NCBI GenBank assembly: GCA_946410475.1
Contig: CAMKAM010000001.1
Span: 1 to 47,985, forward strand
DNA from: an uncultured Bacillota bacterium
Lineage (GTDB): Bacteria > Bacillota > Clostridia > Peptostreptococcales > Anaerovoracaceae
Direction of reading: 5' to 3'
DNA: 47,985 bases
The notes beneath the pieces were generated by a model. That model saw only the letters and a list, made by a program, of their open reading frames with translations, was not told the DNA's origin and made no database searches. This document shows positions 17,229-28,720 of this stretch, in pieces. A program made the translations under genes and the position numbers. Numbering within the stretch: position 1 is the first letter of the stretch; each line of letters opens with the position of its first letter.

Positions 17229-18569
17229 ATGAAAAATATCGAAACCAAGTGGAGCAAAGCCTTGGAATTACTTAGTGAGGAGCTAAAACCGGTTCCTTAC
17301 GAGACCTGGATAGCTCCCCTTAGACCTCAGCGTCTGGATGAATATCAGAATATCTTGTATATAGAAGCCGATAAAAAAAGGGTGATCGATCTTGTGAACG
17401 ATCGCTATCTTCATCTTATACAGAATTCCGTAAGCGAAGCCTTCGGAAAGAATATAAGAGTCATCGGTGTACTCAGCGAAACTAAACCTCAGACAAAAGT
17501 TATCCCTGCTTCTAAAGAGCAGCTGGTCCTGGATGAAGAGCACTACCTTCATCCCGGTTTTGATTTCAATAATTTCGTTGTAGGAAAGAACAACGAATTT
17601 GCTTACCAGGCGGCTCTCGCAGTTGCTGAGAAACCGGCAAAGAATTTCAATCCTCTTTTCATTTACGGAGGATCCGGTCTGGGCAAGACACATCTCATGA
17701 ATGCGATCGGCCATTATATAATGGAGAATCACAAAAAGAAAAAGGTCCTTTATGTGTCCGCTGAGATGTTCACGAATGAACTTATCAATTCATTCGGAAA
17801 GGAAAAGACTGAAGAATTCAGAAAAAAATACAGGAATGTAGACGTTCTTCTCATCGACGACATACAGTTCATCGAAGGAAAGAAGGCCACTGAAGAAGAG
17901 TTTTTCCACACATTCACATATCTGCACGACAGAGGAAAACAGATAGTCATATCGAGTGACAGACCTCCGAAGTCTTTCACAGATATAGACGAAAGACTGA
18001 TCTCAAGATTTCTCTGGAACGTAACAGCTGATATACAGCCTGCAGACTATGAAACAAGGATAGCTATTCTAAAGAGCAAAGCGGAGCTTGCAAATATAGA
18101 GCTTACTCCAGAGGTAATGCAGGTCATCAACCTCATTGCTGAAAAGATAACAGACAATATCAGGGAAATGGTCGGCGCGCTGACAAGGGTAGACGCATTC
18201 TCCCAGCTGATGAACAAGCCTATCAACTATGCGATGGCCAGGAATATCCTAAAAGATATAATAATGTACAGCGACAAAACAGTTACCGTTGAAAAGATCA
18301 AAAGAACTGTCGCCAAATACTATTCTATATCTATAAAGGATATGGATTCCGCAAAAAGAACGAGAAACCTCGCATTTCCAAGACAGGTAGCGATGTATCT
18401 TTCAAAAGAACTCACAGACAGATCCCTTCCCCAGATCGGAAAATCATTTGGTGGAAAAGATCATACGACCGTCCTTCACGCTGTAAAAAAAATATCCGCA
18501 GCCTGTGAAGATGACGATGACTTGAAAGAGACGATCGACTATCTTATTATGGAAATAACCAAGCAGTAA
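17229..18569 (+). CDS. dnaA: Chromosomal replication initiator protein DnaA
   Basis: I moved the start to ATG 17229 (MKNIETKWSKALELL...). Walker A GGSGLGKTHL, LLIDDIQF, and the C-terminal DNA-binding helix FGGKDHTTVLHAVKKI. Confidence 0.93.
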   Translation: MKNIETKWSKALELLSEELKPVPYETWIAPLRPQRLDEYQNILYIEADKKRVIDLVNDRYLHLIQNSVSEAFGKNIRVIGVLSETKPQTKVIPASKEQLVLDEEHYLHPGFDFNNFVVGKNNEFAYQAALAVAEKPAKNFNPLFIYGGSGLGKTHLMNAIGHYIMENHKKKKVLYVSAEMFTNELINSFGKEKTEEFRKKYRNVDVLLIDDIQFIEGKKATEEEFFHTFTYLHDRGKQIVISSDRPPKSFTDIDERLISRFLWNVTADIQPADYETRIAILKSKAELANIELTPEVMQVINLIAEKITDNIREMVGALTRVDAFSQLMNKPINYAMARNILKDIIMYSDKTVTVEKIKRTVAKYYSISIKDMDSAKRTRNLAFPRQVAMYLSKELTDRSLPQIGKSFGGKDHTTVLHAVKKISAACEDDDDLKETIDYLIMEITKQ

Positions 18570-18571
18570 AG

Positions 18572-18727
18572 TTTTCCACAACTGCTGTTGATAAAAATTA
18601 CAGGTATTCAACAGCTTTTTCCACAAGCGAAAAACTTTGAAAGGGTTGAAAAGATAGTTATTTGAGAGTTATCCACATTATCCACAGGAACTACTACTAA
18701 TACTACTGGTAATATATTAATAATATT
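18572..18727. other. oriC right half: DnaA boxes, DnaA-trio-like repeats and an AT-only unwinding stretch
   Basis: TTTTCCACA at 18572-18580 and 18617-18625. Inverted TGTTGATAA at 18586-18594. Two abutting perfect TTATCCACA boxes at 18669-18686. After a GGAA spacer, CTA-CTA-CTA-ATA-CTA-CTG at 18691-18708, the complement of 3'-GAT-5' trios. Then an 18-nt A/T-only run at 18710-18727. Confidence 0.8.
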
Positions 18728-18742
18728 GGAAAAGGAGAAGCT

Positions 18743-19858
18743 ATGAAATTCACATGTGAACAGCAGCAGCTTTCAAAAGCGCTCAATACTGTTTCAAAAG
18801 CAATAACGACAAGAACTACTATACCTATCCTTAAAGGAATACTTATAAAGGTAACAGATGAAGGAAAGATGATACTTTCTGCATCAGACCTCGATCTCAG
18901 TATTGAAAAGACCATCAATGCTGATGTTGAAGAAGCAGGAGCAGTAGTCGTACCTGCAAGGCTTTTCTCCGACATCATCAAAAAACTTCCTTCAGGCATC
19001 CTTTCTTTTGAAATGGATGAAAGAGAGAAGCTGATAATAAAGACGCTTACTACAAAATATGACATCGTCACTCAGAGCGCTGACGACTTCCCGAAGACAG
19101 CCGAGGCAGAGAACATCATTGCAAAACTTTCTTTCGATAAAGAGATCTTCAAAGATATGATAAGAAAGACACAGTTCTGCGCCAGCATAGATGAAACAAA
19201 GGGAGTCATCTCCGGCGTTCTCGTTGAGATGGATGAAGATATAACGAACATGGTAGCGCTTGACGGATTCAGGATGGCCGTTGCAAGAGAGCGCATGAAA
19301 AATGAGGCTCCAAGAAAGATAATAATCAACGGAAAGATCATGAATGAGATCGGCAAGATCCTTCAGGAAGCTGATGATGACGAAGATATAGAACTCGTCA
19401 TCTGTGAAAAGAGAGCCATCGTCCTTCTCGACAAGACGAAGGTAGTGATGCGCCTGCTCAGCGGGGAATTCATCGCTTACAAAGATATCCTCCCGAAGCA
19501 GAACTCCACATTCGTGAAGATCAACAGGGCAGTCCTCACAGAGGCTATAGAGAGAGCATCTCTTCTGACACGAGATATAAAGAACAGAACGATCAGGATA
19601 AAGATCCAGGAAAATCTCATGAACATCACTTCTGCTTCTGAAGAAGGTAATGTTAAAGAAGATATAATAATGGAAAAGACCGGCGGAGACCTCGAGATCG
19701 GCTTCAACTACAGATATCTTCTCGATGCTCTCAAGGTTATAGATGATGAAGAGATAATCATGGAATTCGATTCGGCCGTAAAACCGTGTCTTATCAAACC
19801 GGTCACCGGCGACAGCTATGAATATCTCGTCCTGCCGGTAAGGATACCGATGAACTGA
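18743..19858 (+). CDS. dnaN: DNA polymerase III beta sliding clamp
   Basis: 371 aa, MKFTCEQQQLSKALNTVSKAITTRTTIPILKGILI..., at the conserved position. AAGGAG SD upstream. Confidence 0.93.
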   Translation: MKFTCEQQQLSKALNTVSKAITTRTTIPILKGILIKVTDEGKMILSASDLDLSIEKTINADVEEAGAVVVPARLFSDIIKKLPSGILSFEMDEREKLIIKTLTTKYDIVTQSADDFPKTAEAENIIAKLSFDKEIFKDMIRKTQFCASIDETKGVISGVLVEMDEDITNMVALDGFRMAVARERMKNEAPRKIIINGKIMNEIGKILQEADDDEDIELVICEKRAIVLLDKTKVVMRLLSGEFIAYKDILPKQNSTFVKINRAVLTEAIERASLLTRDIKNRTIRIKIQENLMNITSASEEGNVKEDIIMEKTGGDLEIGFNYRYLLDALKVIDDEEIIMEFDSAVKPCLIKPVTGDSYEYLVLPVRIPMN

Positions 19859-19861
19859 TAG

Positions 19862-20956
19862 ATGTTCCTAAAGAAAATAGAACTTGAAAATTTCAGGAAC
19901 TACTCTTCTTGTGAGATAGATTTCCATGAAAAAATAAACATCATCACCGGCGAAAACGCTCAGGGAAAGACCAATCTTCTTGAAAGCATTTATTTTTCAT
20001 CTTTCATCAGGTCTTTCAGGACTTCGTCAGATAAAGAGATGATAAGCTTCGGAAAAGATCACCTCAGGGTCTGCTCTTCCTATTCAAAAAACGGAGAGAC
20101 AGACCTTGTTGAAGTTGCGATGGACAGGAGTGGCAGGAAGATAGCAAAGATCAACGGCGCCAGGCAGGAAAGACTCAGGGATGTAGTGTCCGACTATTAT
20201 GTCGTCGTTTTTTCTCCCGAGGATATGAAGATAGTAAAAGAGGAACCTGAAAGAAGGAGAAATTTCCTCGACAGGGAGATATGTCAGATGAGCCTCTCAT
20301 ATTTTGAGAGCCTTGCCGTTTACAAAAAACTCCTCCTTCAGAGAAATTCTTATCTGAAAGATGAGAAGATAGACGAAGCCCTGCTCGATATCTGGGATGA
20401 AAGCCTGGCGAAAGAAGGAGCGAAGATAATAGAAAAAAGAAAGATATTCATAGATAAGCTTTCATTGATAAGCGAAAATATCCACAGGGGAATAACGGAC
20501 GGCAGTGAAGTGCCGGAGATAAAGTATTGCCCGAACGTAGAATGGAAAGAAAGCAGAGAAGAGCAGGAAGAGTATTTCAGAGAAATTCTTATGGGAAGCA
20601 GACAGAAAGATATGATGCAGGGAAATACCTCCCGCGGTCCGCACAAAGATGATCTCGATATTATGATAGATGGAGTAAGCACAAGGAAATTCGGATCCCA
20701 GGGACAGCAGAGGACGGCAGCCCTTTCTCTGAAACTTGCTGAGATAGAATTGATAAAAGAAGAAAAAGGAGAATATCCTATACTTCTTCTGGACGACGTA
20801 CTCTCTGAACTCGATGAGAAGAGACAGAGATATCTGGTAGATCATCTGGAGAATACACAGCTTTTCATAACAGCTGCCGAGCTGCCTTCAGAGATAATAA
20901 GATACTTTCCTAAGAATAAGAAAATAGTAATAGAAAAAGGTACAGTAAAACAGTAA
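19862..20956 (+). CDS. recF: DNA replication/repair protein RecF
   Basis: Walker A GENAQGKTNLLE, signature SQGQQRT, Walker B LLLDDVLSELD. Confidence 0.92.
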   Translation: MFLKKIELENFRNYSSCEIDFHEKINIITGENAQGKTNLLESIYFSSFIRSFRTSSDKEMISFGKDHLRVCSSYSKNGETDLVEVAMDRSGRKIAKINGARQERLRDVVSDYYVVVFSPEDMKIVKEEPERRRNFLDREICQMSLSYFESLAVYKKLLLQRNSYLKDEKIDEALLDIWDESLAKEGAKIIEKRKIFIDKLSLISENIHRGITDGSEVPEIKYCPNVEWKESREEQEEYFREILMGSRQKDMMQGNTSRGPHKDDLDIMIDGVSTRKFGSQGQQRTAALSLKLAEIELIKEEKGEYPILLLDDVLSELDEKRQRYLVDHLENTQLFITAAELPSEIIRYFPKNKKIVIEKGTVKQ

Positions 20957-21066
20957 TAGAAATATTTTCCAATAATAAAGGTTATATCAACCAAAATATA
21001 AGGCGTTCAAAGGCTCAAAAACATACAAAACAGCCTTTAAAACAGTTTAATAAAAGAATAATGTCA

Positions 21067-21103
21067 AAACAGGGGTAAAAATTTGTAATAACCCCTGTTT
21101 TAT
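21067..21103 (+). terminator. Intrinsic terminator after recF
   Basis: AAACAGGGGT-(14-nt loop)-ACCCCTGTTT followed by TAT. The U-run is partly within the stem. Confidence 0.6.
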
Positions 21104-21111
21104 GATACAAT
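21083..21111 (+). promoter_or_regulatory. gyrB promoter
   Basis: TTGTAA (21083-21088), 17-nt spacer, extended -10 TGaTACAAT (21103-21111). Confidence 0.55.
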
Positions 21112-21147
21112 GAGTCGGTTTAAAAGATGACTAGAGAGGTGAAATAA

Positions 21148-23094
<1,947 letters not shown>

Positions 23095-23120
23095 AGAAGA
23101 AAGAAGGATAAATTTCAAAA

Positions 23121-25610
23121 ATGCCGAATTTGATAGAAGACCAGAAACTCATCCAGCATGAGATACATGATGAAATGAAAAACTCCTATATCGATTACGC
23201 CATGAGCGTCATCGTAGGACGTGCCCTTCCCGACGTAAGAGACGGGATGAAGCCGGTCCACAGGAGGATACTTTACGGAATGTCGCAGCTGGGCGTCACA
23301 CCGGACAAACCATATAAGAAATCCGCGCGTATCGTTGGTGAAGTAATGGGTAAATACCACCCGCACGGCGACAGCTCCATCTATGACGCGATGGTAAGGA
23401 TGGCGCAGGACTTCTCCACGAGATACATGCTCGTAGACGGACACGGAAACTTCGGTTCCGTCGACGGAGACGGAGCGGCGGCCATGCGTTATACCGAGGC
23501 GAGAATGAGCGCTTTCTCGCTGCAGATGATAAGGGACATCGAAAAGGACACTGTAGACTTCATGCCGAACTTCGACGAAGAGGAGCAGGAACCGGTAGTT
23601 CTTCCTTCGAGATACCCGAACCTTCTCGTCAACGGATCCAACGGTATTGCCGTAGGTATGGCAACGTCGATCCCGCCGCACAACCTCGGCGAGACGATAG
23701 ACGCCGCCTGCTACATGATAGACCATGAGGACTGCACGGTCGACGATCTCATCAAGATCGTAAAGGGACCGGACTTCCCGACCGGCGCCATCATCATGGG
23801 CAAGAAGGATATAGAAGAAGCTTACCGCACGGGTCAGGGCAAGGTCACGGTCAGAGCGAAGACGGAGATCGAAGAGATCAAAGGCGGAAGGATGCAGATC
23901 GTCGTCACGGAGATCCCCTTCCAGGTCAACAAGGCACGTCTGATCGAGAAGATAGCACAGCTCGTCAAGGAGAAGAGGATAGATGGTATATCCGACATCA
24001 GAGACGAGTCGAACCGCGAGGGTATGAGGATAGTCATAGTCCTGAAGAGGGACGCTAATCCGCAGATCACACTTAACAAGCTGTTCAAGCACACGCAGCT
24101 GCAGGACAGCTTCTCGATGATCATGCTCGCCCTCGTCGACGGAGTGCCCCGCATACTTTCCCTCTACGACATCCTTTTCGAATACCTCAAGCATCAGAAA
24201 AACGTTCTGACAAGAAGGACGAAGTTCGACCTGGCGAAGGCCGAAGCAAGGGCTCACATACTCGAAGGTCTGAGGATAGCTCTCGACAATATCGACGAGA
24301 TCATCAAGATCATCAGAACGAGTTACGATAACGCAAAAGAGAGATTGATGAAGACGTTCTCGCTTTCGGAGATACAGGCTCAGGCCATCCTCGATATGAG
24401 GCTCGCCCGCCTGCAGGGACTCGAAAGAGAGAAGATCGAGAACGAGTACGCAGAGCTCCAGAAGAAGATCGCTTACTACAAAGAACTACTCGCCGACGAG
24501 AAGAAACTCATGGGCGTCGTCAAAGACGAGATGATGGAGATCCACGACAAGTGGTCTGACAAGAGAAGGACGAAGATCACGGCTAAGGCCGATGAATTCG
24601 ACGAAGCCGACCTCATCGAGGAAGAGAACGTCGCGATCACGCTGACACACCTCGGATACATCAAGAGGATACCGGCTGATACATACAGGACGCAGCGCCG
24701 CGGAGGCAAGGGCATCACGGGACTTACGACGAGGGAGAACGACTTCGTCAAGAATCTGATAATAACGTCGACGCACGAATACCTGATGTTCTTCACGAGC
24801 TACGGAAAGGCTCACAAGCTGAAGGCTTACGAGATACCGGAAGCAACGAGGACGGCGAAGGGAACGCCTGCGGTCAATTTCCTGAACCTGATGCAGCGTG
24901 AGAGGATCAACGCGATGATCCCGATCAAGGATTTCGCCGAAGACAAATACCTCATAGGAGTAACGAAGAACGGAACGATCAAGAAGACTGCCCTTTCCGA
25001 ATTCGATACGAACAGAAAAGGCGGCCTGATAGCCATCAACCTCAAGGACGGCGACGAGCTCGTTGAGATCAAGGAATCGTCGGGAGACGACAAGGTCATC
25101 ATCGTTACGAAGAACGGCAAGTGCATCTGCTTCAACGAAGAGGACGTAAGGCCGATGGGCAGGAACGCCGGCGGCGTCAGAGCCATCAAGCTCGAGGATG
25201 ACGATGAAGTCGTAGCTATGAATCTGGTACACGAAGGACAGGAACTCCTCGTCGTTACGGAAAAGGGCTTCGGAAAGAGAACCCCGATCGAAGAGTACAA
25301 GACCCAGACCAGAGGCGGCAAGGGCATGCTCACATATGACAAGTCGAAGTTCAAGAAGACAGGCGCTCTTATAGGAGCGACGACTGTCGAGGATGACGAT
25401 GACGTCATGCTGATCAACTCCGACGGCATCATCATCAGGATCAACGCGGGCGAAGTCTCAAGACTCGGACGCGCGACGCAGGGCGTCAAGATAATGAAGG
25501 TCAAGGACGAAGCGAACATCATCTCCATGACAAAGGTCATACAGGAAGATGAAGAAGAGGAAAAGGCCGACAAGAAGGAAGGCCCCGAACAGCTCGAACT
25601 GGACGTTTGA
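23121..25610 (+). CDS. gyrA: DNA gyrase subunit A
   Basis: [31 protein letters not shown], the QRDR region [17 protein letters not shown], catalytic [10 protein letters not shown], and C-terminal beta-pinwheel repeats with an acidic tail. Confidence 0.95.
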   Translation: MPNLIEDQKLIQHEIHDEMKNSYIDYAMSVIVGRALPDVRDGMKPVHRRILYGMSQLGVTPDKPYKKSARIVGEVMGKYHPHGDSSIYDAMVRMAQDFSTRYMLVDGHGNFGSVDGDGAAAMRYTEARMSAFSLQMIRDIEKDTVDFMPNFDEEEQEPVVLPSRYPNLLVNGSNGIAVGMATSIPPHNLGETIDAACYMIDHEDCTVDDLIKIVKGPDFPTGAIIMGKKDIEEAYRTGQGKVTVRAKTEIEEIKGGRMQIVVTEIPFQVNKARLIEKIAQLVKEKRIDGISDIRDESNREGMRIVIVLKRDANPQITLNKLFKHTQLQDSFSMIMLALVDGVPRILSLYDILFEYLKHQKNVLTRRTKFDLAKAEARAHILEGLRIALDNIDEIIKIIRTSYDNAKERLMKTFSLSEIQAQAILDMRLARLQGLEREKIENEYAELQKKIAYYKELLADEKKLMGVVKDEMMEIHDKWSDKRRTKITAKADEFDEADLIEEENVAITLTHLGYIKRIPADTYRTQRRGGKGITGLTTRENDFVKNLIITSTHEYLMFFTSYGKAHKLKAYEIPEATRTAKGTPAVNFLNLMQRERINAMIPIKDFAEDKYLIGVTKNGTIKKTALSEFDTNRKGGLIAINLKDGDELVEIKESSGDDKVIIVTKNGKCICFNEEDVRPMGRNAGGVRAIKLEDDDEVVAMNLVHEGQELLVVTEKGFGKRTPIEEYKTQTRGGKGMLTYDKSKFKKTGALIGATTVEDDDDVMLINSDGIIIRINAGEVSRLGRATQGVKIMKVKDEANIISMTKVIQEDEEEEKADKKEGPEQLELDV

Positions 25611-25638
25611 TAAAAGACCTCACGGGAAGGAACGATCA

Positions 25639-26046
25639 ATGTCAGAAGTACTGAAAATGACCATACCGGGAGATCCGGAATATATCAATATCGCTGAAAC
25701 GGCTGCATGTCAGGCGGCGAGCCTTCACGGGATGGATGTCGAAAGGGTATCCGACCTGAAGCTTGCCGTCGGCGAAGCGTGCCGGCTCATAACATGCCAC
25801 GGATTCGAGGGGTGGAGCCGTTCTTACGACATCACGTGCAGTATCGACGAGGCGGCAGTGACGATCACGGTGAAGGACGACCTGTGCGCTCACGACAAGA
25901 AGAAAGACGAAAAAAAGAGATGCCCCGATTGCCCGAACGAAGGCGACATCGGGTTCCGCATGATAGAAGTCATAACGGATGAAGTATCCATTTCGAGGGC
26001 CGAAGCAGGATGCAGAAGCATAACGTTAGTAAAGAAGTTCAGATAA
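25639..26046 (+). CDS. SpoIIAB/RsbW-like anti-sigma factor (GHKL fold) with degenerate ATP-binding motifs and 8 cysteines
   Basis: I moved the start to ATG 25639 (MSEVLKMTIPGDPEY...). It aligns by eye along its whole length with B. subtilis SpoIIAB. The N-box EAVTN reads EACRL here, the G1 box DEGLG reads DDLCA, and the GMGF motif reads DIGF. Cysteines are at positions 24, 48, 53, 67, 83, 95, 98 and 125. Its end overlaps the sigma gene by 37 nt. Confidence 0.7.
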   Translation: MSEVLKMTIPGDPEYINIAETAACQAASLHGMDVERVSDLKLAVGEACRLITCHGFEGWSRSYDITCSIDEAAVTITVKDDLCAHDKKKDEKKRCPDCPNEGDIGFRMIEVITDEVSISRAEAGCRSITLVKKFR

Positions 26047-26771
26047 ACGAGAAATTCGCGGAGTACAAAAAGACCCGCGACATAGCGCTCAGGAACCAGC
26101 TTGTTGAAGATCATCTCTACATGGTCGACATCCTCATCAGAAAATATATAGGAAAAGGGATAGAAAAAGACGATCTGTATCAGGTCGGGGCGATGGCCCT
26201 GATCAAAGCAGTAGAGAGATTTGACCCTGACAAGGGCTTCAAGTTCTCCAGCTACGCAACGCCAACCATACTCGGGGAGATAAGAAAGCATTTCCGCGAC
26301 CGTGGATGGAGCGTTCGCGTGCCGAGGAGCCTGAAGGAGCTGGCGATCGCCCTGCCTGACGTCAAGGACAAACTGACTGCCGAGCTCGGAAGAGTCCCGA
26401 CTCCGGCGGAGATGGCGGAGCATATGGGAATAAGCGAAAGCGACTTCCTCGCCGCGATGGAGAGCAGCATGGCTTACGATGCGTTCTCACTGAACATGAC
26501 TTACGAGGAAGACGGCGGCACCGGAGACGCGGAGGTCCTCCAGCGGGCTACGGCGACCGACGAAGAGGGCTATGAAAGACTCGAGAATTATGAGATAATC
26601 GACTCTGTACTAAAGAGGCTGTCCGGTACGGACAAATACATATTCCGCCAGCGCTTCATCGAAGAGAAGACGCAGGCGGAGATCGCCGAGGCTCTCGGTG
26701 TTTCACAGATGACGATCTCCAGAGTAGAGAAGAAGATAAAAGAAAAATTTGCGGCTGAAATGGCGAAGTAA
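26010..26771 (+). CDS. Group-3 sigma-70 factor, SigB/SigF/SigG subfamily
   Basis: Region 2 reads DDLYQVGAMALIKAVERFDPDKGFKFSSYATPTILGEIRKHFRDRGWSVRVPRSLKEL, close to the SigB-type DKTWSVHVPRRIKEL. Region 4 HTH reads TQAEIAEALGVSQMTISRVEKK. Confidence 0.88.
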   Translation: MQKHNVSKEVQINEKFAEYKKTRDIALRNQLVEDHLYMVDILIRKYIGKGIEKDDLYQVGAMALIKAVERFDPDKGFKFSSYATPTILGEIRKHFRDRGWSVRVPRSLKELAIALPDVKDKLTAELGRVPTPAEMAEHMGISESDFLAAMESSMAYDAFSLNMTYEEDGGTGDAEVLQRATATDEEGYERLENYEIIDSVLKRLSGTDKYIFRQRFIEEKTQAEIAEALGVSQMTISRVEKKIKEKFAAEMAK

Positions 26772-26830
26772 CTGCCGCAGCAAGCAAAGTAAGCAGGCCG
26801 AAAAGAAGAAATAAGGAAAGGAAACCCGCA

Positions 26831-27820
26831 ATGGAAAAGAAAAGAGTATTTTCAGGAGTACAGCCGACAGGAAATATCCATCTCGGCAACTACCTCGGAG
26901 CATTGAAGCAGTTCGTAGATCTTCAGGAGACTAACGACTGCATCTACTGCATCGTCGACATGCATTCGATCACTGTGCCGCAGGATCCGGAAGAGCTGAA
27001 AAAGCACATCCTCGATGTCGCAGCTCTCTATCTGGCGGTAGGTCTCGATCCGAAAAAATCGATAATCTTCGTACAGTCGGAAGTATCCGGCCACGCGGAG
27101 CTGTCGTGGATACTGACATGCAACTCCTACACGGGCGAGCTGTCGAGGATGACACAGTTCAAGGCGAAGAGCAAAGGTCAGGAATCGGCGCCGACCGGTC
27201 TTTTCACATATCCGATACTCATGGCTGCGGATATCCTTCTTTATGATACGGAAGTCGTTCCGGTAGGAAACGACCAGAAACAGCATATCGAGCTTACAAG
27301 AGATATCGCTCTGAGAGTCAACCACAAATACGGAGATACGTTCGTCGTTCCGGACGGAAGATATCTCAAGGAAGGCGCGAGGATAATGTCGCTCGACGAT
27401 CCGACGAACAAGATGAGCAAGAGCGCCGAGAACGACATGAGCAGGATCTCGCTCCTCGACGAACCGGGCAAGATCAAGAAGGCCATCATGAAGGCGACTA
27501 CTGATTCGGACGGCGTCATCGCCTTCGATCCGGAGAAAAAACCGGGCATCAGCAACCTCCTCAACATCTACAGCGCTCTCACGGAAGAGCCGATCGCAGA
27601 TATAGTAGGCAGATTCGAAGGCGAAGGGTACGGCACGCTGAAAAAAGCCCTCGTAGAAGTGGTAACGGATTCCATCGCTCCGATCAGGGAGAGATTCGAC
27701 AAGATAAGGAATTCTGACGAACTTATAGATATCCTGAAAGACGGAAGCAAAAGAGCAAACGAGATCGCAGAGCCGGTGCTCGAAAGAGTAAAGGAAAGAT
27801 TCGGTCTCGGTATCCGCTAG
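26831..27820 (+). CDS. trpS: Tryptophan--tRNA ligase
   Basis: A class I HIGH-type motif (TGNIHLGNYLGA) and KMSKS (NKMSKS); 329 aa. Confidence 0.93.
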   Translation: MEKKRVFSGVQPTGNIHLGNYLGALKQFVDLQETNDCIYCIVDMHSITVPQDPEELKKHILDVAALYLAVGLDPKKSIIFVQSEVSGHAELSWILTCNSYTGELSRMTQFKAKSKGQESAPTGLFTYPILMAADILLYDTEVVPVGNDQKQHIELTRDIALRVNHKYGDTFVVPDGRYLKEGARIMSLDDPTNKMSKSAENDMSRISLLDEPGKIKKAIMKATTDSDGVIAFDPEKKPGISNLLNIYSALTEEPIADIVGRFEGEGYGTLKKALVEVVTDSIAPIRERFDKIRNSDELIDILKDGSKRANEIAEPVLERVKERFGLGIR

Positions 27821-27863
27821 AGGCTGCAGGCTTGTCGTGAAACTGAAAAGCAGAACGAAAAAG

Positions 27864-27891
27864 CTCCGCGCATCATGCGCGGAGTTCTTTT
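27864..27891. terminator. Bidirectional terminator shared by convergent trpS and plsC
   Basis: CTCCGCGCAT-C-ATGCGCGGAG is followed by TTCTTTT on the plus strand and preceded by the complement of CTTTTTCG for the minus strand. The stem includes the plsC stop codon. Confidence 0.8.
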
Positions 27892-28607
27892 AATCCGTTC
27901 TTTACTATTTCCTGCACTTTGTCCGATATCTCTTTTTCCTCTTCTTTTGTCAGATCCGCCGTCGGCATCGCCGGGTGGATCATGACCTTGACCTTTGCCC
28001 CGTGGATATAACCGTCCTGCTCGAAGCACCGGTAAGTCCCGTCGATGGTGACCGGGATGATAGGCACCTTCGGCTTGGTGGCAAGCTTGAGAGCGCCGCC
28101 CTTGAATTCGCCCATTTCCGGACCCTGGGAGCGCGTGCCCTCGGGGAATATGACCATGGAATAGCCTTCTTCGATATTTTTGACACCCTTCAGGATCGCC
28201 TTGAGGGATTCTCTCGGGTTGTCTCTTTCGATCAGAACGCTCCTGATTTCGTGGATCCACGGTCCGTACAGAGGCACTTTGTCGAGTTCCTTCTTTGCAA
28301 CGAAACCCATCTGTATAGTATCGAGCGCCGCGCAGAGGACGACGATGTCGGCATAGCCCTGGTGGTTCGACACGTATACGACGGGACCCTCCGTCGGAAG
28401 GTTCTCGCGTCCAACGACTGTCAGGTCGACGTCCACGAATTCGAGCATCTTCTTGCCCCATGTCGAAGTGGCCTTGAGGATGTTCTCTCTTTCGAACTCC
28501 CTGTCACCGGTCTCACGGCCTTTGTGGATATTTTTTCTGTATTCCGTCAGGTATCTCAGAGCCTTCAGTGCCTTCAGGATACCCGGTACGTTCCTTATTA
28601 TCTTCAA
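27873..28607 (-). CDS. plsC: 1-acyl-sn-glycerol-3-phosphate acyltransferase
   Basis: HX4D motif NHQGYADI, FPEGTRS, and IIPV block; 244 aa. Confidence 0.88.
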   Translation of the reverse strand: MKIIRNVPGILKALKALRYLTEYRKNIHKGRETGDREFERENILKATSTWGKKMLEFVDVDLTVVGRENLPTEGPVVYVSNHQGYADIVVLCAALDTIQMGFVAKKELDKVPLYGPWIHEIRSVLIERDNPRESLKAILKGVKNIEEGYSMVIFPEGTRSQGPEMGEFKGGALKLATKPKVPIIPVTIDGTYRCFEQDGYIHGAKVKVMIHPAMPTADLTKEEEKEISDKVQEIVKNGLKELRA

Positions 28608-28720
28608 ATGTTTACCCTCGTTCTCTCAATTGTAATCCGTATGAAAGATATGTTATCATATTTCACATCGGACTATATTTTACCACAATTGTAAAGATAA
28701 ACGAAACGGGGAAAAGTGAA

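Noticed and set aside
23115-24257. Many long ORFs antisense to, or in alternative frames of, the housekeeping genes. Examples: 380 aa at 23115-24257 and 270 aa at 24827-25639 opposite gyrA, and 274 aa at 21937-22761 opposite gyrB. Others are 309 aa at 38989-39918 opposite gdpP, 355 aa at 46911-47978 opposite the LtaS gene, and 271 aa at 35486-36301 and 264 aa at 34331-35125 opposite the OFOR genes. Further cases are 332 aa at 497-1495, 261 aa at 9256-10041 and 269 aa at 10643-11452.
   Set aside because: Each lies opposite a gene with unambiguous family motifs. Their translations are Arg/Ser/His/Pro-rich and low in complexity, with no recognisable domains, no SD sequences and no sensible operon context. 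They are the expected by-product of the codon bias of the sense genes.
25605-25629. SigB-type promoter-like string GTTTGA-N13-GGGAAG overlapping the gyrA stop codon, which could autoregulate the anti-sigma/sigma pair.
   Set aside because: The -10-like GGGAAG is also the only plausible SD for the ATG at 25639, just 9 nt downstream. A transcript starting here would be essentially leaderless. I cannot distinguish this from chance without 5'-end mapping, so it stays a note only.
26772-26830. T-box leader expected upstream of trpS.
   Set aside because: The gap is only 59 nt and contains no specifier hairpin or T-box sequence.
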